From: Octopus vulgaris
Taxonomy: Eukaryota
Direction: 5' to 3'
DNA length: 64,000 nucleotides
Assembly: GCA_951406725.2 (NCBI GenBank)
Contig: OX597820.1
Span: 33,108,001-33,172,000, forward strand
Part shown: positions 14,976 through 28,958 of the stretch, in pieces
How positions within the stretch are numbered: the first letter of the stretch is position 1
How the letters are laid out: each line of letters opens with the position of its first letter
Made by a program: the position numbers and the translations under genes
Notes under the pieces: generated by a model
What the model saw: only the letters and a program-made list of their open reading frames with translations
Database searches by the model: none
What the model was told of the DNA's origin: nothing

Positions 14976-15330
14976 TCAGGAAACAACTACAGCAAAAGGA
15001 TCCCGCGATTCTTTTTCAATGCGAGACATGGTCTCCAAAAATAGCTCGTCCTGAAATAGCCACCAATTATGTGGCCCATCAAACACACCGACCTTAATTT
15101 TCTCACAAGACAAAACTGGAAACTTTCTGCTTAAGCATTTGAAGCTGTCACTGTTTCGGTGTTTCAACACATGTTTTATACACTATATGGGGCGCCTTTG
15201 TCTTGTCACCCAGTTCCATGCTAAAGTAAGTAAGGAAGTAAGGTAAGTGATTTTATTTCACTGCCTAATCCAGAAATAAGCAGAAGACATCGGGGCTGTT
15301 TTTACATTCTCTTCTCTCACAACTGGCTAT
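14976..15330 (-). pseudogene. Internally deleted CMC/Chapaev3-like transposase remnant
   Basis: Minus-strand peptides RRECKNSPDVFC, YFSMELGDKTKAPHIVYKTC and KFPVLSCEKIKVGVFDGP...EKE resemble the N-terminal Zn-binding and central KFP.LS..KIKEGIFVGP motifs of Chapaev3 transposases. Confidence 0.6.
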
Positions 15331-16093
15331 ATTTCTAAAACACGAAGCATATTCAAGCCGGTTGTCACCCGGGCAAAGCATTTTCAGAACAGTCAACAGA
15401 TATAGAGTAAGCAAATGCAGATTTGGGATGGCAAAGTTCCATAAAGAGAATACATACCATGAAGTTATTTTTATAGTTCTTTGACAATTGCTTGACGAAA
15501 AGTGACCTTGACCCATATGGCTTCACAACTGAAACATTAAGGGCACATTCAAAATACTAATTTCTATAAGAAACCGTTTAAAATTCAATAAAACATGTCT
15601 CAACTAGTTTGCAGTGATAATCACACTAAATTAAGCAAAGCGTGGGCGTATTTGTAGATAAATTCCGTTAATATGAGACGTATGGTGTCAAGGGCCACAA
15701 AATATGTTGTTTCTTAACATCCAATTGTATAAAGAACATTTATGTGATCCTCATGACATTTGAAACTGGTTAGGTTGAAGATACTGAGAGTTGCTCAAGT
15801 TTGATACTTATAATTTACTGAAGATACTTAAATCATGACTTTTGTTTTCACTTTTGTAGTTGTATGTACTTTAAATGACATTGAAAAACTATATTTTCAA
15901 AGTTAAGTCATCCTCCACATATGGGTTCGCATTTGATGAAGTCAAATCTATCCTTAGAAATGGTGACAATATCAGAAATGTTGAAAAATGGACATCTAAG
16001 CAAAATGGATTTCATTTTTGAAACCAACACCCCAGAATTAGTAGGAAATGTGTCTCCAACATCAAACAACAAAATCCCTGTTCACCAGTGTAA

Positions 16094-17105
16094 GCAAATG
16101 GAGCAATGTCCGGCGAATATGGTGGGTGGAGCATCGTTTCCCATTCAAACTGCTCCAGCCTTTCGCATGTCATCCTCGCTGTATGTAGCCGAGCATCATC
16201 TCGAAAGAAAAATACCTTACGTCTTGAAATCAAAGATGGCCGTTTTTCTTCTAGCGCTGATCTAAGCCGCTTAAACTGTCCGCAGTATATCTCCTTTATT
16301 ATAATTTGCTTTGGGTTTAAAAGTTCAAAGTGGACTAAACCTTTCATATCCCACCAAACATATATAACAACACCTTCGTAGGTGAAGGCCTTTAGCCTCT
16401 GGTGCCGGTGTTTCTCCTTTCCCTACCCACTGTCTCCGGTGCTTAACATTTTTATAGAGAACCCATTTCTCGTCACATGTCACTATTCGGTCCAAAAACG
16501 GCTCATTCGTGAGTCGTGACAGCAAAGAAGAGCACACATTCACTCTCTGCGTGCGATTAGACTCAGAAAATTGTGAGGGACCCATCGACCCAATTTTCTG
16601 ACTGTTTCCATGTGACGATGAATGGTTGAATGACCAAATCCAAGTTTCTCTCCTAGATCCTCAACAGTTACGATGAGATTTTCTTCCACCATGGTTTGCA
16701 GGACGTCCTCGTCGAGCTCTACAGATCTTCCAGGACGAGGTTCGTCTTCTGGGCTGTAGTTTCCGGCTTGGATTTTCTGGAACTACCATTGACATTAGCT
16801 TACGCTTATTGTCCGATCCCCATAAACTGCTTTAATATTCCTCGCACTTTCCGTTGCGCTGTTGCCTTTATTGAACTCATAAAGCAAAATATGCCGAATA
16901 TGCTCCTTTGTCACTTCCATTATAGCTTTGAAAAAATAACTGTTAAAATCGAACTGCACTCTTCAAAACTTGATCTAAGAAAAAGGACATGGTAAAATTA
17001 CTCCCTGCTTTTAGAGCAAGTTCATGCAAGTAGTTTATCCCGTCCCCCTACGAACTTTAGTTCATGCAATTGAAACAACTGCATTATTTATGAGATGACC
17101 CAATA
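16094..17105 (-). mobile_element. Decayed mariner (DD34D) transposon, 3' truncated
   Basis: FLDRIVTCDEKWVLY, RDDARLH and HPPYSPDIAP in shifted frames. TIR-like end TATTGGGTCATCTCATAAATAATG at ~17080-17105. Confidence 0.85.
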
Positions 17106-17418
17106 TGTATGTAGACTGAAAAGCAGACAGACGGAAAGATCGAGATATAAGTAATATTTCAAGTGCGGAAAGAAGTCAAATTGACATGTCAACTTGACTT
17201 CTTTCCTCATTCAAATTATTACTGTTATTACTCACTCTACATAACTTAGATTAAGCCCATTGGCTTTTACCTTGGAGATGTGTAGTGTTCCTTGTAATAT
17301 CAATCGAAATCTTACAGATTTTCTTTTGAATTTGGAATACTACGCTAGCCACGATACTGCATGATGTGCTAATGAGGCGAAAGCCAGGACTATAATTAGC
17401 CCGGTGTCTATCTGTCTG

Positions 17419-17493
<75 letters not shown>

Positions 17494-18309
17494 GCCTGTC
17501 TGTCTGTCGTCAGTGTTGCTTTTTTTGCTTAGTAACAATTCAAACAATAACAACAAAACCTAAAATCAAAACATTCCGTGAGCATTAATCCTTTCATTAT
17601 TTAATGTGCTTTTTCCTTTTAACGACTGTAGGGTATGGTTTAACTGATATTTGACTACTGCTTCTAGCCTATCCGACCAACAAGTAGAAGATTTCCACAC
17701 CCCATGGTGTGTATCTTGTTCCAGGACCTGGCCATTGAGCTACAGAGGCTGTGAAAAGTGTAAGATGTATCTCTGCATCCAAACTACAGGCAACAACTAA
17801 AAGCGCAACAATAATAACATTCAGTAACAACAGCAACAAGTGTAACAACAATGATGATAGTGAAGACAATAGGACCTTGACAACAATAACAGCCGCAACA
17901 ACAATAAACAAACAAAAGTTTCAAGTACATAACAACAAAGAAAAACAAACGAGACGACTGGTAAACACATGCATTTAAAGCACTATACTCAAACACATGT
18001 AAAGAGTAACATATACACATATATATGCATATTAACTATAGTATGTAATAACATGAGCACACATACATATATACAAAAGACTTTCACACATACAATATCA
18101 TACACACATACACACATACATATAAAACAGTATGCAATAGCATACGCACATACATATAGATAAAACCACACGATAACATATTTACACATGTACATACATA
18201 CATATAAAACACTCCACATACACACGAACACATACGCTCACACACAATGCCATATACAAATACATACACAAGAACACAGTACATAATATAACTACATAGA
18301 AAGGGTGAA

Positions 18310-18825
18310 AGGGTGACACCCTTCGGTCATGAATACCATGGGATTGCACCTAAAAAGTTGCCCCTCGAGGCACAAGTCCGGGCAGCGTTGATTATGGAAG
18401 ACCAGCAGTCGCTCATGCATACTAGCCTCCTCTGTCCGTGCCATTATATATACAAAGGGTAAAGGGTAAAGCCCCCCCCACCTCCAACACCACCTTCAGT
18501 CATGACTGAAACCCATGGGATTGCACCTAGAAAATTGCCCGTCGAGGTACTAGTCCGGGCAAGGTGGTTTTATGGAAGACCAGCAGTTATCTATGCATAC
18601 CAGCCACCCCTCTCCACGCCAGCGGTGTTATCCAAGGGAAAAGCAAAGGCCGATACAGCTTGGCACCAGTGACGTCACAACTCATTTCTACAGCTGAGTG
18701 AACTGGAGCAACATGAAATAAAGTGTCTTGCTCAAGAATACAACACGCAGCCCGGTCTGTGAGCCGAACTCACTACCTCATAATTGTGATCCCGATCCTC
18801 TAACCACTGAACCATATGCCTTCAC
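18310..18825 (-). mobile_element. Family B SINE preceded by an extra copy of its 3' tail
   Basis: Tail segment CCCTTCGGTCATGA...GGAAGACCAGCAGT occurs twice (18320, 18495); CORE and head lie at 18680-18825. Confidence 0.75.
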
Positions 18826-19301
18826 CATAACTACATATACACACACACAATAAAGTAGACAATAACATACATACACACACACACACTCACATATATATAT
18901 ACATATACACACCCACATCCCACACTCACAGACACAATAACATCGATGCATATGTACACATATATCATAACATACACATACACGCATACATGAAATAATT
19001 GTCATGCGCAATAACTTATATACACATACGCACACACACTCACACAATGACATACAAACATAAACATATCTGAAACAATGCACACATACATACTCAAAAC
19101 ACTCCACACACACACACGAACTCTAACGCATAAACAGTGCACACACACACACTCACACATAAACATACGCATACACACACAAGCACACACACACGCACAC
19201 ACACACAAACATACACACACACACAATAAACTGAAGCAATATGATACATAGAATGTATTTCGCAAATTCTCATTAACTGCTTTTCACCTGACACGATGTG
19301 T

Positions 19302-19348
<47 letters not shown>

Positions 19349-20349
19349 TGTCTGTGTCTGTGTGTGTGTCTATGTGTGTTTATTTTGTGTGTGTGTTTCT
19401 GGGTGGTGGTGGTGGGCGGAGTGTGCATGTGCGTACGTATGTGCGCGCGTGCAATTGATATGGTTTGGACAAAACTGGTTTGAAAACATTCACCTGTTCT
19501 TCAACTCATCTCTATACATGTGTGTGCGTATATATGTATATATGTCAATATGTGTATGTCTGATATATATATATATATATATACGCACACACACATATAC
19601 AAATATATGTGTATGTACACACACGCACATATACATATATATATATATATATATATGTATATGTATATGTATAAATATATATATATACACACACATATAT
19701 TGCCTATCTATATATATATGTATGTTTATCTATCTATCGATTGATCGATTTATCTATATCTAATTTATCTATATATATTCCACGACGGTAGTAGTTGAAT
19801 AATATTCTTAAAGCCGCAATTTACTCAAGCACAGCATTTTCAGAGCTTGTCGCTAATGCAGTTCTTAACTAAATTGAAAACTCTTAACATTTTTGGAGAG
19901 GGTTGATCCCTAGCTACATTTTAAAAGCAAAATATATTTATCTTAGCTTCAATGATAGAAGAAAGCATGGAGAATTTTATAGTTTTGGTCCCATGCAACA
20001 AAAATTTGTATTAAAAAATTGTGAGGTAAAATATGATTAACTTTTTTTCTTTTAAAACCAAACTATATTTTAATTAAGCTTAAATGGTAGAGCTCAATTC
20101 GAAGAATTTCCTAGTATCAATCTCATGCAATGAAGTTTTAAAAGAAATAAGTTATGAGTGTTTGTTTCTCAAATTTGAGAGTGATAATATAGTTCTATAC
20201 TTTTTTATGAATATAGTTCTATACGGGGACTTTTAATATATGTCACCGGCGTCATTGAGGTAAGGAAAAAATGCACAACGATACTGCTAATTGAGACATT
20301 TGACACATTATTAATTAGCATAATAGCATAGCCAGGAAAAATACATGAA

Positions 20350-21270
20350 TTATATGGAAAAGGGCGAGCAAGAGAAATAATATTCTTAAGATTATAAACC
20401 TGGAAAAGTACACGACAAGTTATTACACTTGGAAAAGTTCAGGACAACTTATTACATCTGGTAGTAAAGTACAGAACAAGAAAGTTTTTACTTAAATTAT
20501 TGCAGCTAAGGATAAAATATGAATATTAAAATTATTTGATTTTAATTTACAAAGTAACATTATAATGAAAAAAAACGTACTTTCATTTTGTTAAAATATT
20601 GACATACTAGAATACTTAAATAATGAGAGTCAGAAGTAGCAATACAGCTATAGTTTCATGTAAAGCAGAATAGTATATATATGGTAGGCAGATTCAATAT
20701 GTAAAAAATAGGCATCGGGTCAAGACTAAAAATGTGAAGGCTTAGCAATAACTCAAGCAAATTTTACCGTGAATTTGTTGTTATAGGTAGATTTTACTGT
20801 AATATATAACTAATTTTTGTATTATTCTATTTATTGTACTAACTAATTATGTACTACAAGTGGTTAGGGTGTTGAACTCATGATCGTAAGGTTGTGGTTT
20901 CGATTCCTGGACCGGGCGATGTGTTGTGTTCTTGAGCAAAACACTTCATTTCACGTTGCCCCAGTCCACTCAGTTGGCAAAAATGAGAAATCTTGCGACG
21001 GACCGGCGTCCCGTCCAGGTGGGGAATTTCCACGCTACTGAAACCGGGAAACCGGCCCTTATGAGTCTAGCATGGCTCGAGAAGGAACGTTTATTATTAT
21101 TTTTTTATAGCCTATTTTCAAATTTCTGATTATTTTATTCTTAGCAGCAGTATTTTAAGCAAAAAGTTTCTTGTTCTGTACTTTACCAGTTGTAATAAGT
21201 TGTCTTAAGATTTTCTAGGTTTATAATGTTAAGAATATCATTTCTCTTGCTCGTATTTTTCCATGTAACA
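20350..21270. mobile_element. AT-rich foldback/MITE-like element with ~150-bp imperfect inverted arms, interrupted by a SINE (20858-21092)
   Basis: GAGCAAGAGAAATAATATTCTTAA...GTAAAGTACAGAACAAGAAA (20365-20482) is matched in reverse complement at 21165-21255. Confidence 0.65.
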
Positions 21271-21912
21271 CACACACACATACACATACACACACACACA
21301 TATTATAATATATTATAAAATATTATAATAATCCAGGTTTCTCGGAGCACTAGACCACTTGGTGTTGAATAGATATACTATTAAATTAGTATCTAATTCT
21401 CTCACCCTTATTAATTAATTATATATATTCATATATATATATATACAAAATTAGAAAATGGAGAAACATACTTAAATCAATCAATCATCAACCATCAGAT
21501 AATACCCAATCAATACTTTATTACACCATTACATAACAGCAAAGGCATTATACATAATATATTGTAAATATAACCAGACATAGAAATAGAAATATAAAAT
21601 ATAAATATAAATATAAAATATAAATATAAATATAAATATAGAAATATATATATATATATATATATAACAGGCATTTGTCTTGCCATGAGTAGGCAGTTTC
21701 AATATGTAAAAAACATTGCGTAGGCTGTAGGCGTAAATTAGGTAATTTGACGAACAAGAGACATTTCATTACGTGACAATATTTAAAATGTTTTGAGAAT
21801 AGAACTTACCTACACAAACCTGCATAAATGCATAAACTTATACACGCCTGCACGCATGTATGTATGTATGTATGTATGTATGTATGTATGTATGTATGTA
21901 TGTATGTATGTA

Positions 21913-21945
<33 letters not shown>

Positions 21946-21987
21946 GTGTGTGTGTATGTATGTATGTATGATGTATGTATGTATGTA

Positions 21988-22212
21988 TGCCAGAAGGTGT
22001 GCAAATCCAACGGAGGCCTCAAGAGACATTTTAAGATCCACAAAGAGCAGAACTTATCTGCAGACCTTGGTGGTCCAAATCGAAGGTACAATCTATGTGG
22101 GTGTTTTTTCAGAACATTGTCTGGTTTAAAAAGCGACATCAGATGCCATGATGGTGCTAAGGTGTAGGTACAAGAGGTGGTCAAATTCTGCATAAGGAGT
22201 AGACAACCACCA
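21988..22212 (+). pseudogene. LINE 3' fragment (RTE-like) encoding two degenerate C2H2-type zinc fingers, flanked by (TATG)n
   Basis: CQKVCKSNGGLKRHFKIH...LCGCFFRTLSGLKSDIRCH then a stop and short tail GACAACCACC running into ATGT repeats. Confidence 0.55.
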
Positions 22213-22244
22213 TGTATGTATGTATATACATACATATATATATG

Positions 22245-22285
<41 letters not shown>

Positions 22286-22759
22286 ACACGCGTATACGCG
22301 TATACGCTTACATACATTTATGTATATACATGCCCATGCTCTCAATAATGACGTCAAATATGCTTTTCTTAAATCTATTGAAAATGATTACAAAGTTGAA
22401 AATATATGAAACTACGTGTACTAGTATATGATATATATGTGTGTGTGGGCTCGCACGCGTCTGTGTGCATTTCTGTGTGTGTGTGTGTGTGTGTGTACAT
22501 GCGTGTGTGTGTGTACATGCGTGTGTGTGTCTGCATGTGTGCGTATTTGTAGCTTGATTAATTATATGTTGTGTGAAAGACTTGAAAAGTTAGAAACTTA
22601 CGGGTTATATATCAATAGCTTTTAGGGATATAGAAGTGAGCGCGTGTGTGTGTATGCGAGTGTGTGTGTGTGTATGTGTGCGTGTATACATACATGCATA
22701 CATACACACGCAGAAATCTCGATTCTTGTGATTATTTCCGTTATTTAGAGTCGGTATTA

Positions 22760-22985
22760 AATGCGTCTACTCCCTGACAATACCCTGCTTTCACTTACGT
22801 GCGTAAAGTAATAATAAGAGCTTCTACAAAAGATTTGACACTTAGGGATAGCAAAAATTATCAGGAGGGTTGTAAGCACTTGGAAGACTGCTGAAGACTT
22901 CCGGATACCTAAAGTTAGAGATAATAACCCGCTATCCACCTAATTCCTACCAGGAATAAGACTGAACCTAAGCCAAACCATACTC
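22760..22985 (+). pseudogene. Degenerate R4/Dong-like LINE 3' end
   Basis: ELLQKI*HLGIAKIIRRVVS resembles the QKIALLGTAHILRRTLS terminus of the Dong-like copies. Confidence 0.5.
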
Positions 22986-23069
22986 TTTTTACTTGCCTAA
23001 GGTGCCACGCAGTGGGACTGAACCCGGAACCATGTGGTTGGTAAGCAAGCTACTTACCACACAGCCACT

Positions 23070-23135
<66 letters not shown>

Positions 23136-24019
23136 TATGGATAATTCAGTCCTCTTGATACGGGAACCCGCGCCCCAGCCAGGGCCAAATATGAGGAACC
23201 CCACTGATCCAAAACCCACTCTGGCCACCGAGAGCAGGTGCTTTCATATTATTATTTGTTCTGTAATTTACAAGTGCATGTTTAGAGTAAGTTCGATATT
23301 TAGAGTAGTTCCATACAGTTGCCCAACCTTTGACAAATTTGCTTCAGTATAGCACTTCCCTTTTCCCCACTACCACCACCACCTCACTTTCCTTTCCAAG
23401 AGGGACTTAGAAATGTCGATGAGAGTTTGACTACAGAGGAAAATGCCTGTACTCAATTCTTTTAGCATCGTTCACCGCCAAACTCTTTCAGCACAGCTAC
23501 CAGCCAGAGGGTCCTTCTTATATGTGACAACAACTGTTCGCCTTCGTGGCCCCTGTGGGAGAACTCTTACAGATTGCACCTTCGGCTAACAGAAACATGC
23601 AACAACATTAACGCTCAAACATTTTGTTAGATCCCTTTAGGACTACGCCAGTTCTACAGGGGTAGTTTAGGCAATACCTACAAGGAACCACAACAAGCCA
23701 CAACGTGCGCAAAAAAGGCATTGTGCACACACCACACCTGCAGACCATATACACACAGCAGGACAAGCGAGAGACACAGTTTTTCGGAGGATGGTGGCGA
23801 GGTGTCATTTTCTTTGCGGCAAACAATTTTCAACACTTAATGGTTTCTGCCACAGCATGACAATCTCCAAACACCCTGAGATATACAAAAGACTTCAAAA
23901 CCATCTCTAGAACAGAACCCTAAGTAGTCTATTCATCCATAATCACAGCCACCACCACCACCACCACCACCACCACCACCACCACCACCACCGCCGCCGC
24001 CGCCACCACCACCGCCACC

Positions 24020-24700
24020 ATTTGTTCTCTTTCACTTTTCCTCTCCAGATTATCCTTTTCTTTGTTTTACTCATTCGCTTTTTTCTTCTTTTTCTCTTTC
24101 ACTTTGCAATTCATTTTTTTTCTCATCTTTCTCTTTCTTAATTCTCTTTTCCCCCTTTTCTCTTTCACTTTTCCTCTCCTTCATATTATCCATTTTTGTT
24201 TTACTCGTTCGTTTCTTTTTCCTCTTTTTCTCTTTCACTTTCTTACTCAATCTTTGTTATCATCATTCAATTTCTCTTCATTTTTCTCTTTCAATTTTAC
24301 TCTCATTAGCACACCTTACTCCTTCCTTTTTCTTCCTATTTTAGAGTCATTCACCTTCATTCATTTTTCATTTTCACTTTAAAACTGATTCACTTTTCCT
24401 TAATACTTTTCTTTCCCTAATTTCGTTTTCGCTTTTTCCCAAGTTTTCTTTTTAAATTTTGTTCTCTTTTACATTTTTGCTTTACTCATTCACTCTTTCC
24501 TTCTTGTTCTCTTTCAGTTCATTAAACCTTCTTTCATTTCTTTTGTATTTTCGTCTTCTTTATTCTTTTTATTCTCTCCTTCAATCACTTCAACCTTTCC
24601 CTTCTTCATCCTTTCTCTATCATTATTTCTCACTTTTCCATCTTCATTTTGTCTCCACACCTTTCACTCTCCCATCTTTCTCTCTGATGTCCCCCTACTC
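24020..24700. repeat. Long pyrimidine-rich (T/C) low-complexity tract
   Basis: About 680 bp of almost exclusively T/C with recurrent TTTTCTCTTTCACTTT. Confidence 0.85.
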
Positions 24701-24703
24701 ACT

Positions 24704-24812
<109 letters not shown>

Positions 24813-25365
24813 GAAGTGGTACAAAGAAGAGGGGAAGAACAACAGACAAGAAGAAATGAGAGGCGGAGGAGGAGGAAGAAATGGAGGGGCAAGTAGTAGT
24901 AGTAGTAGTAGTAGAAGAAGAAGAAGCAGAAGAAGAAGAAGATGATGATGATGATGATGATGATAATGAAGAAGTGGAGGAGAAGAAAAAAGGTGAAGAA
25001 ATATGTGAAGAAAAGAATTATGAAAGAAGTGTCTCTTTCAACCTCTCTCTTTTCTCTCTCTTTTCTTTCTCTCTCTTTTCTCTCTGCTTCCGTCCCTCAT
25101 ATCCCACATGTGGCTGTATATATGTATATATATATGTATGTGTATGTATACATGTGCGTATAACTATATGTACGTGTACATTGTTTGCACGCGCGCGTCT
25201 ATGTGTGTATGCGTGTGTGCGCGTGTAGGTATGTGTATGTGTGTGCGCGGCGTGTGTGTGTGTGTGTGTATGGTTTTTATGATCGCCATGACTAACACTC
25301 CTGATGATAGCAGCGACAAAACTCTCCGGATCATCTTAATCAAAGCAACCCCATTAAATACTCAC

Positions 25366-25374
25366 TTTATCCAG
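25366..25374 (-). other. Candidate 9-nt microexon (CTGGATAAA)
   Basis: Minus strand reads ttccaatttctgttttggtctcag|CTGGATAAA|gtgagtattt, in a unique-sequence island between microsatellites. Confidence 0.3.
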
Positions 25375-25664
25375 CTGAGACCAAAACAGAAATTGGAAAT
25401 GCCGGCTTTTCAAGCCAACTTCGTTATTGTTTGAATATCTGTACGTCTGCATGTCTGTCTGTTTGTTTCAATGTTGTTATTGTTATTGCTGTCGTTGTTG
25501 TATTTGATTGGTGAATTATTGCATTATTACAATTGCATGAGGTGTTTGTGTTTGTATGCGTCTATGTTTGTATGGGTTTTTTATTTATTCTGCTGTTTAA
25601 TTATTTTGTTTGTTTAGATTTATTTTAATTTCATTTTGTTACATTCAATTTCGGTTTCATTTGA

Positions 25665-25732
<68 letters not shown>

Positions 25733-25961
25733 TATATTTTTATTAAGGCGGTGAGCTGGCAGAAACGTTAGCACTCCGGGCGAAATGCCTAGCGGTATTT
25801 CGTCTGCCGTTACGTTCTGAGTTCAAATTCCGCCATGTCGACTTTGCCTTTCATCCTTTCGGGGTCGATTAAATAAGTAACCACTGGGGTCGACTTAATC
25901 CGTTTGTCTGTCCTTGTTTGTCTCCTCTATGTTTAGCCCCCGGTGGGCAATAAAGCAATAA

Positions 25962-26034
<73 letters not shown>

Positions 26035-26037
<3 letters not shown>

Positions 26038-26240
26038 TAGTTTTATTTTTATAGCGTGCTTTCACTTCACTACCGACGCAGCTCTGTGTGCCTTAGGTAT
26101 GTGCTGTGATTTGTTGTGATGCTCTGATGGTTATTGTATGGAAAGTGTTCTGCGTAGGATGTGTGCAGTGCATAGTAGTGCAATTTTCTGTATGTTACAT
26201 GTGTTTGTAAGTCCTGGTGTTTTTGTTATGTATTTGTCTG
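26035..26240 (-). mobile_element. Short R4/Dong-like LINE 3' fragment in (TAA)n
   Basis: Near-identical to the 3' part of 26321-27335. Confidence 0.8.
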
Positions 26241-26254
26241 GAGCTGGCAGAAAC

Positions 26255-26320
<66 letters not shown>

Positions 26321-26323
<3 letters not shown>

Positions 26324-27331
26324 TAGTTTTATTTTTATATCGTGCTTTCATTTCACTAACGAGCACAGCTCTGTGTGCCTTGGGTATGTGCTGTGATTTG
26401 TTGTGATGCTCTGATGGTTATTGTATGGAAAGTGTTCTGCGTAGGATGTGTGCAGTGCCTAGTAGTGCAATTTTCTGTATGTTATATGTGTTTGTAAGTC
26501 CTTGTGTTTTTGTTATGTATTTGTCTGAATATTTTTTTATCATGCCTAATGCACCTACTATGATAGGAATTGTTTCTGTTTTCAGATTCCACATTCTAGT
26601 TACCTCTATTTCCAGGTCTTTGTATTTTGAGAGTTTCTCCATTTCTTTTAGAGACACGTTGTCATCAGCCGGTATTGATACATCAATTAGAAAGCATTTT
26701 TTTCTTCATGATCTCTGACACCTATATCTGGTCTGTTGGCCTTAATTTCTCTATCTGTGTGTATCGGCATATCCCAGAGTATGGTTGCTTTCTCGTTTTC
26801 TGTGACCTTTTCAGGTGTGTGCCTATACCATCTTTTTTCTGTTGTTATTCCATAATGTTGGCATAGCTTCCAATGTATGTAGGTTCCAACTCTGTCATGT
26901 CTGTGAATATATTCCTTCTTAGCCAAGACTGGGCAGCTAGAGATAATATGATTTATTGTTTCTTGTCCATCTCCACATATTCTGCAGTTACTTGTAATAT
27001 TTCTTTTCATTACATGTTTTTGGTAATTTCTGGTGGGGAGGCTTTGGTCTTGTGCTGCAATTAAAATCCCTCTGTTTCTGCTTTGAGTCCTGAGCTTCTC
27101 AACCATTGCTGGGATTTTTCTTTGTCTATTTCTTTTGCGTTTAGTTTAGTCCAGTATTTACCATGAAGGGGCTTTTCTTGCCATCGTTTTATCATGGTTC
27201 GTTGCTGTTCTATTTTTAGTTTGGATTTCATTTGTTTTATAGCTTTTGTTGTTTCTTCATCTTCTTCTTCTTCTTCATGTTTATTAGGTGGTATGATTTC
27301 TTGTTTGTATTTGTCAGCTTTTATTTGTTTG

Positions 27332-27335
<4 letters not shown>
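26321..27335 (-). mobile_element. 5'-truncated R4/Dong-like non-LTR retrotransposon (CCHC finger + restriction-like endonuclease), frameshifted, in (TAA)n
   Basis: CRICGDGQETINHIISSC, RHDRVG, ANRPDI, KLSKYKDL and PIIVGALG motifs; (TAA)n on both flanks. Confidence 0.9.
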
Positions 27336-27419
<84 letters not shown>

Positions 27420-27619
27420 GGCGGTGGCAGAAACGTTAGCACTCCAGGCGAAATGCCTAGCGGTATTTCGTCTGCCGTTACGTTCTGAGTTCAAATTCCG
27501 CTGATGTCGACTTTGCCTTTCATCTTTTCAGGCTCAATTAAATAAGTACCCACTGGGGTCAACTTAACCTCCTTGTCTCTCCTTGTCTTTATTGCCCCTG
27601 TGGGCAATAAAGCAATAAA

Positions 27620-27696
<77 letters not shown>

Positions 27697-27794
27697 GGCG
27701 GTGAGCTGGCAGAAACGTTAGCACTCCGGGCAAAATGCTTAGCGGCATTTCGCCCGTCGCTACATACTGAGTTCAAATTCTGCTGAAGATGGCT

Positions 27795-27940
27795 TTAAGT
27801 AGCTTGCTTACCAACCACATGGTTCCGGGTTCAGTCCCACTACATGGCACCTTGGGCAAGTGTCTTCTACTATAGCGTCGGGCCGACCAAAGCCTTGTGA
27901 GTGGATTTGGTAGACGGAAACTGAAAAGAAGCCCGTCGTA

Positions 27941-28024
<84 letters not shown>

Positions 28025-28190
28025 TCCCACCAACATCGCTTGACAACCGATGCTGGTGTGTTTACGTCCCCGATAGAATAAGTACTAGGATAACAAACGA
28101 TAAGTCCTGGGGTTGATTTGCTCGACCAAATGCGGTACTCCAGCATGGCCACATTCAAATGACTGAAACAAGTAAAAATGTAAAAGAGAT
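27795..28190 (+). mobile_element. Family C SINE with internal (TA)n(GT)n
   Basis: GGTTCCGGGTTCAGTCCC B-box region, CACCTTGGGCAAGTG, tail CAGCATGGCCACATTCAAATGACTGAAACAAG. Confidence 0.85.
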
Positions 28191-28289
28191 ATATTTAGTA
28201 TGACAACAAAAGACTGAATGAGACCTCGATATTATGTAAATCGAGGAATTTATCTGTAAAATAATATGTGGCAATTATTCGGTTGCGAT

Positions 28290-28350
28290 AATAAAACTCC
28301 GAGTTTTGGATGTCGTGGCAGAAATCTGCTCCGGCACCTCGTCAGTTATT
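28290..28350 (-). ncRNA. Degenerate minimal type-I hammerhead ribozyme (G12A)
   Basis: Mirror copy of 29603-29663. Confidence 0.6.
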
Positions 28351-28443
28351 TACACAAGGCTTCGAATGTCCCGTCCGTGTTTTTTGTATCGTCTTCTAAA
28401 TGTTTTGCGTTCTTGTCCCAGTTTGTATTTTTTTTCACACACA

Positions 28444-28516
<73 letters not shown>

Positions 28517-28702
28517 TTATTTATTTATTTATTTATAACTATAATTAAGGGTTTACAACAAGTTGCTTTGCCACATACCGAAACTTTAGGAATAGCAGCC
28601 AAAGGACCGTTATTTTCTTTTCACTCTAAATATGACTCCACAAAAAAATATTTGTAACTCATATAGATAAAAAGAAGAAAAGATGATGAAATCAAACAGT
28701 CT

Positions 28703-28802
<100 letters not shown>

Positions 28803-28902
28803 AGACTGTTTGATTTCATCATCTTTTCTTCTTTTTATCTATGTGAGTTACAAATATTTTTGTAACTCACATAGAAGAAAAGATGATGAAATCAAACAGT
28901 CT

Positions 28903-28958
<56 letters not shown>

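Noticed and set aside
21793-22167. C2H2 zinc-finger gene
   Set aside because: The fingers are degenerate, lack TGEKP linkers and splice sites, and sit in a microsatellite with a LINE-like tail.
23330-23940. Higher-complexity sequence with Cys-containing short ORF
   Set aside because: No recognisable domain or convincing splice signals.
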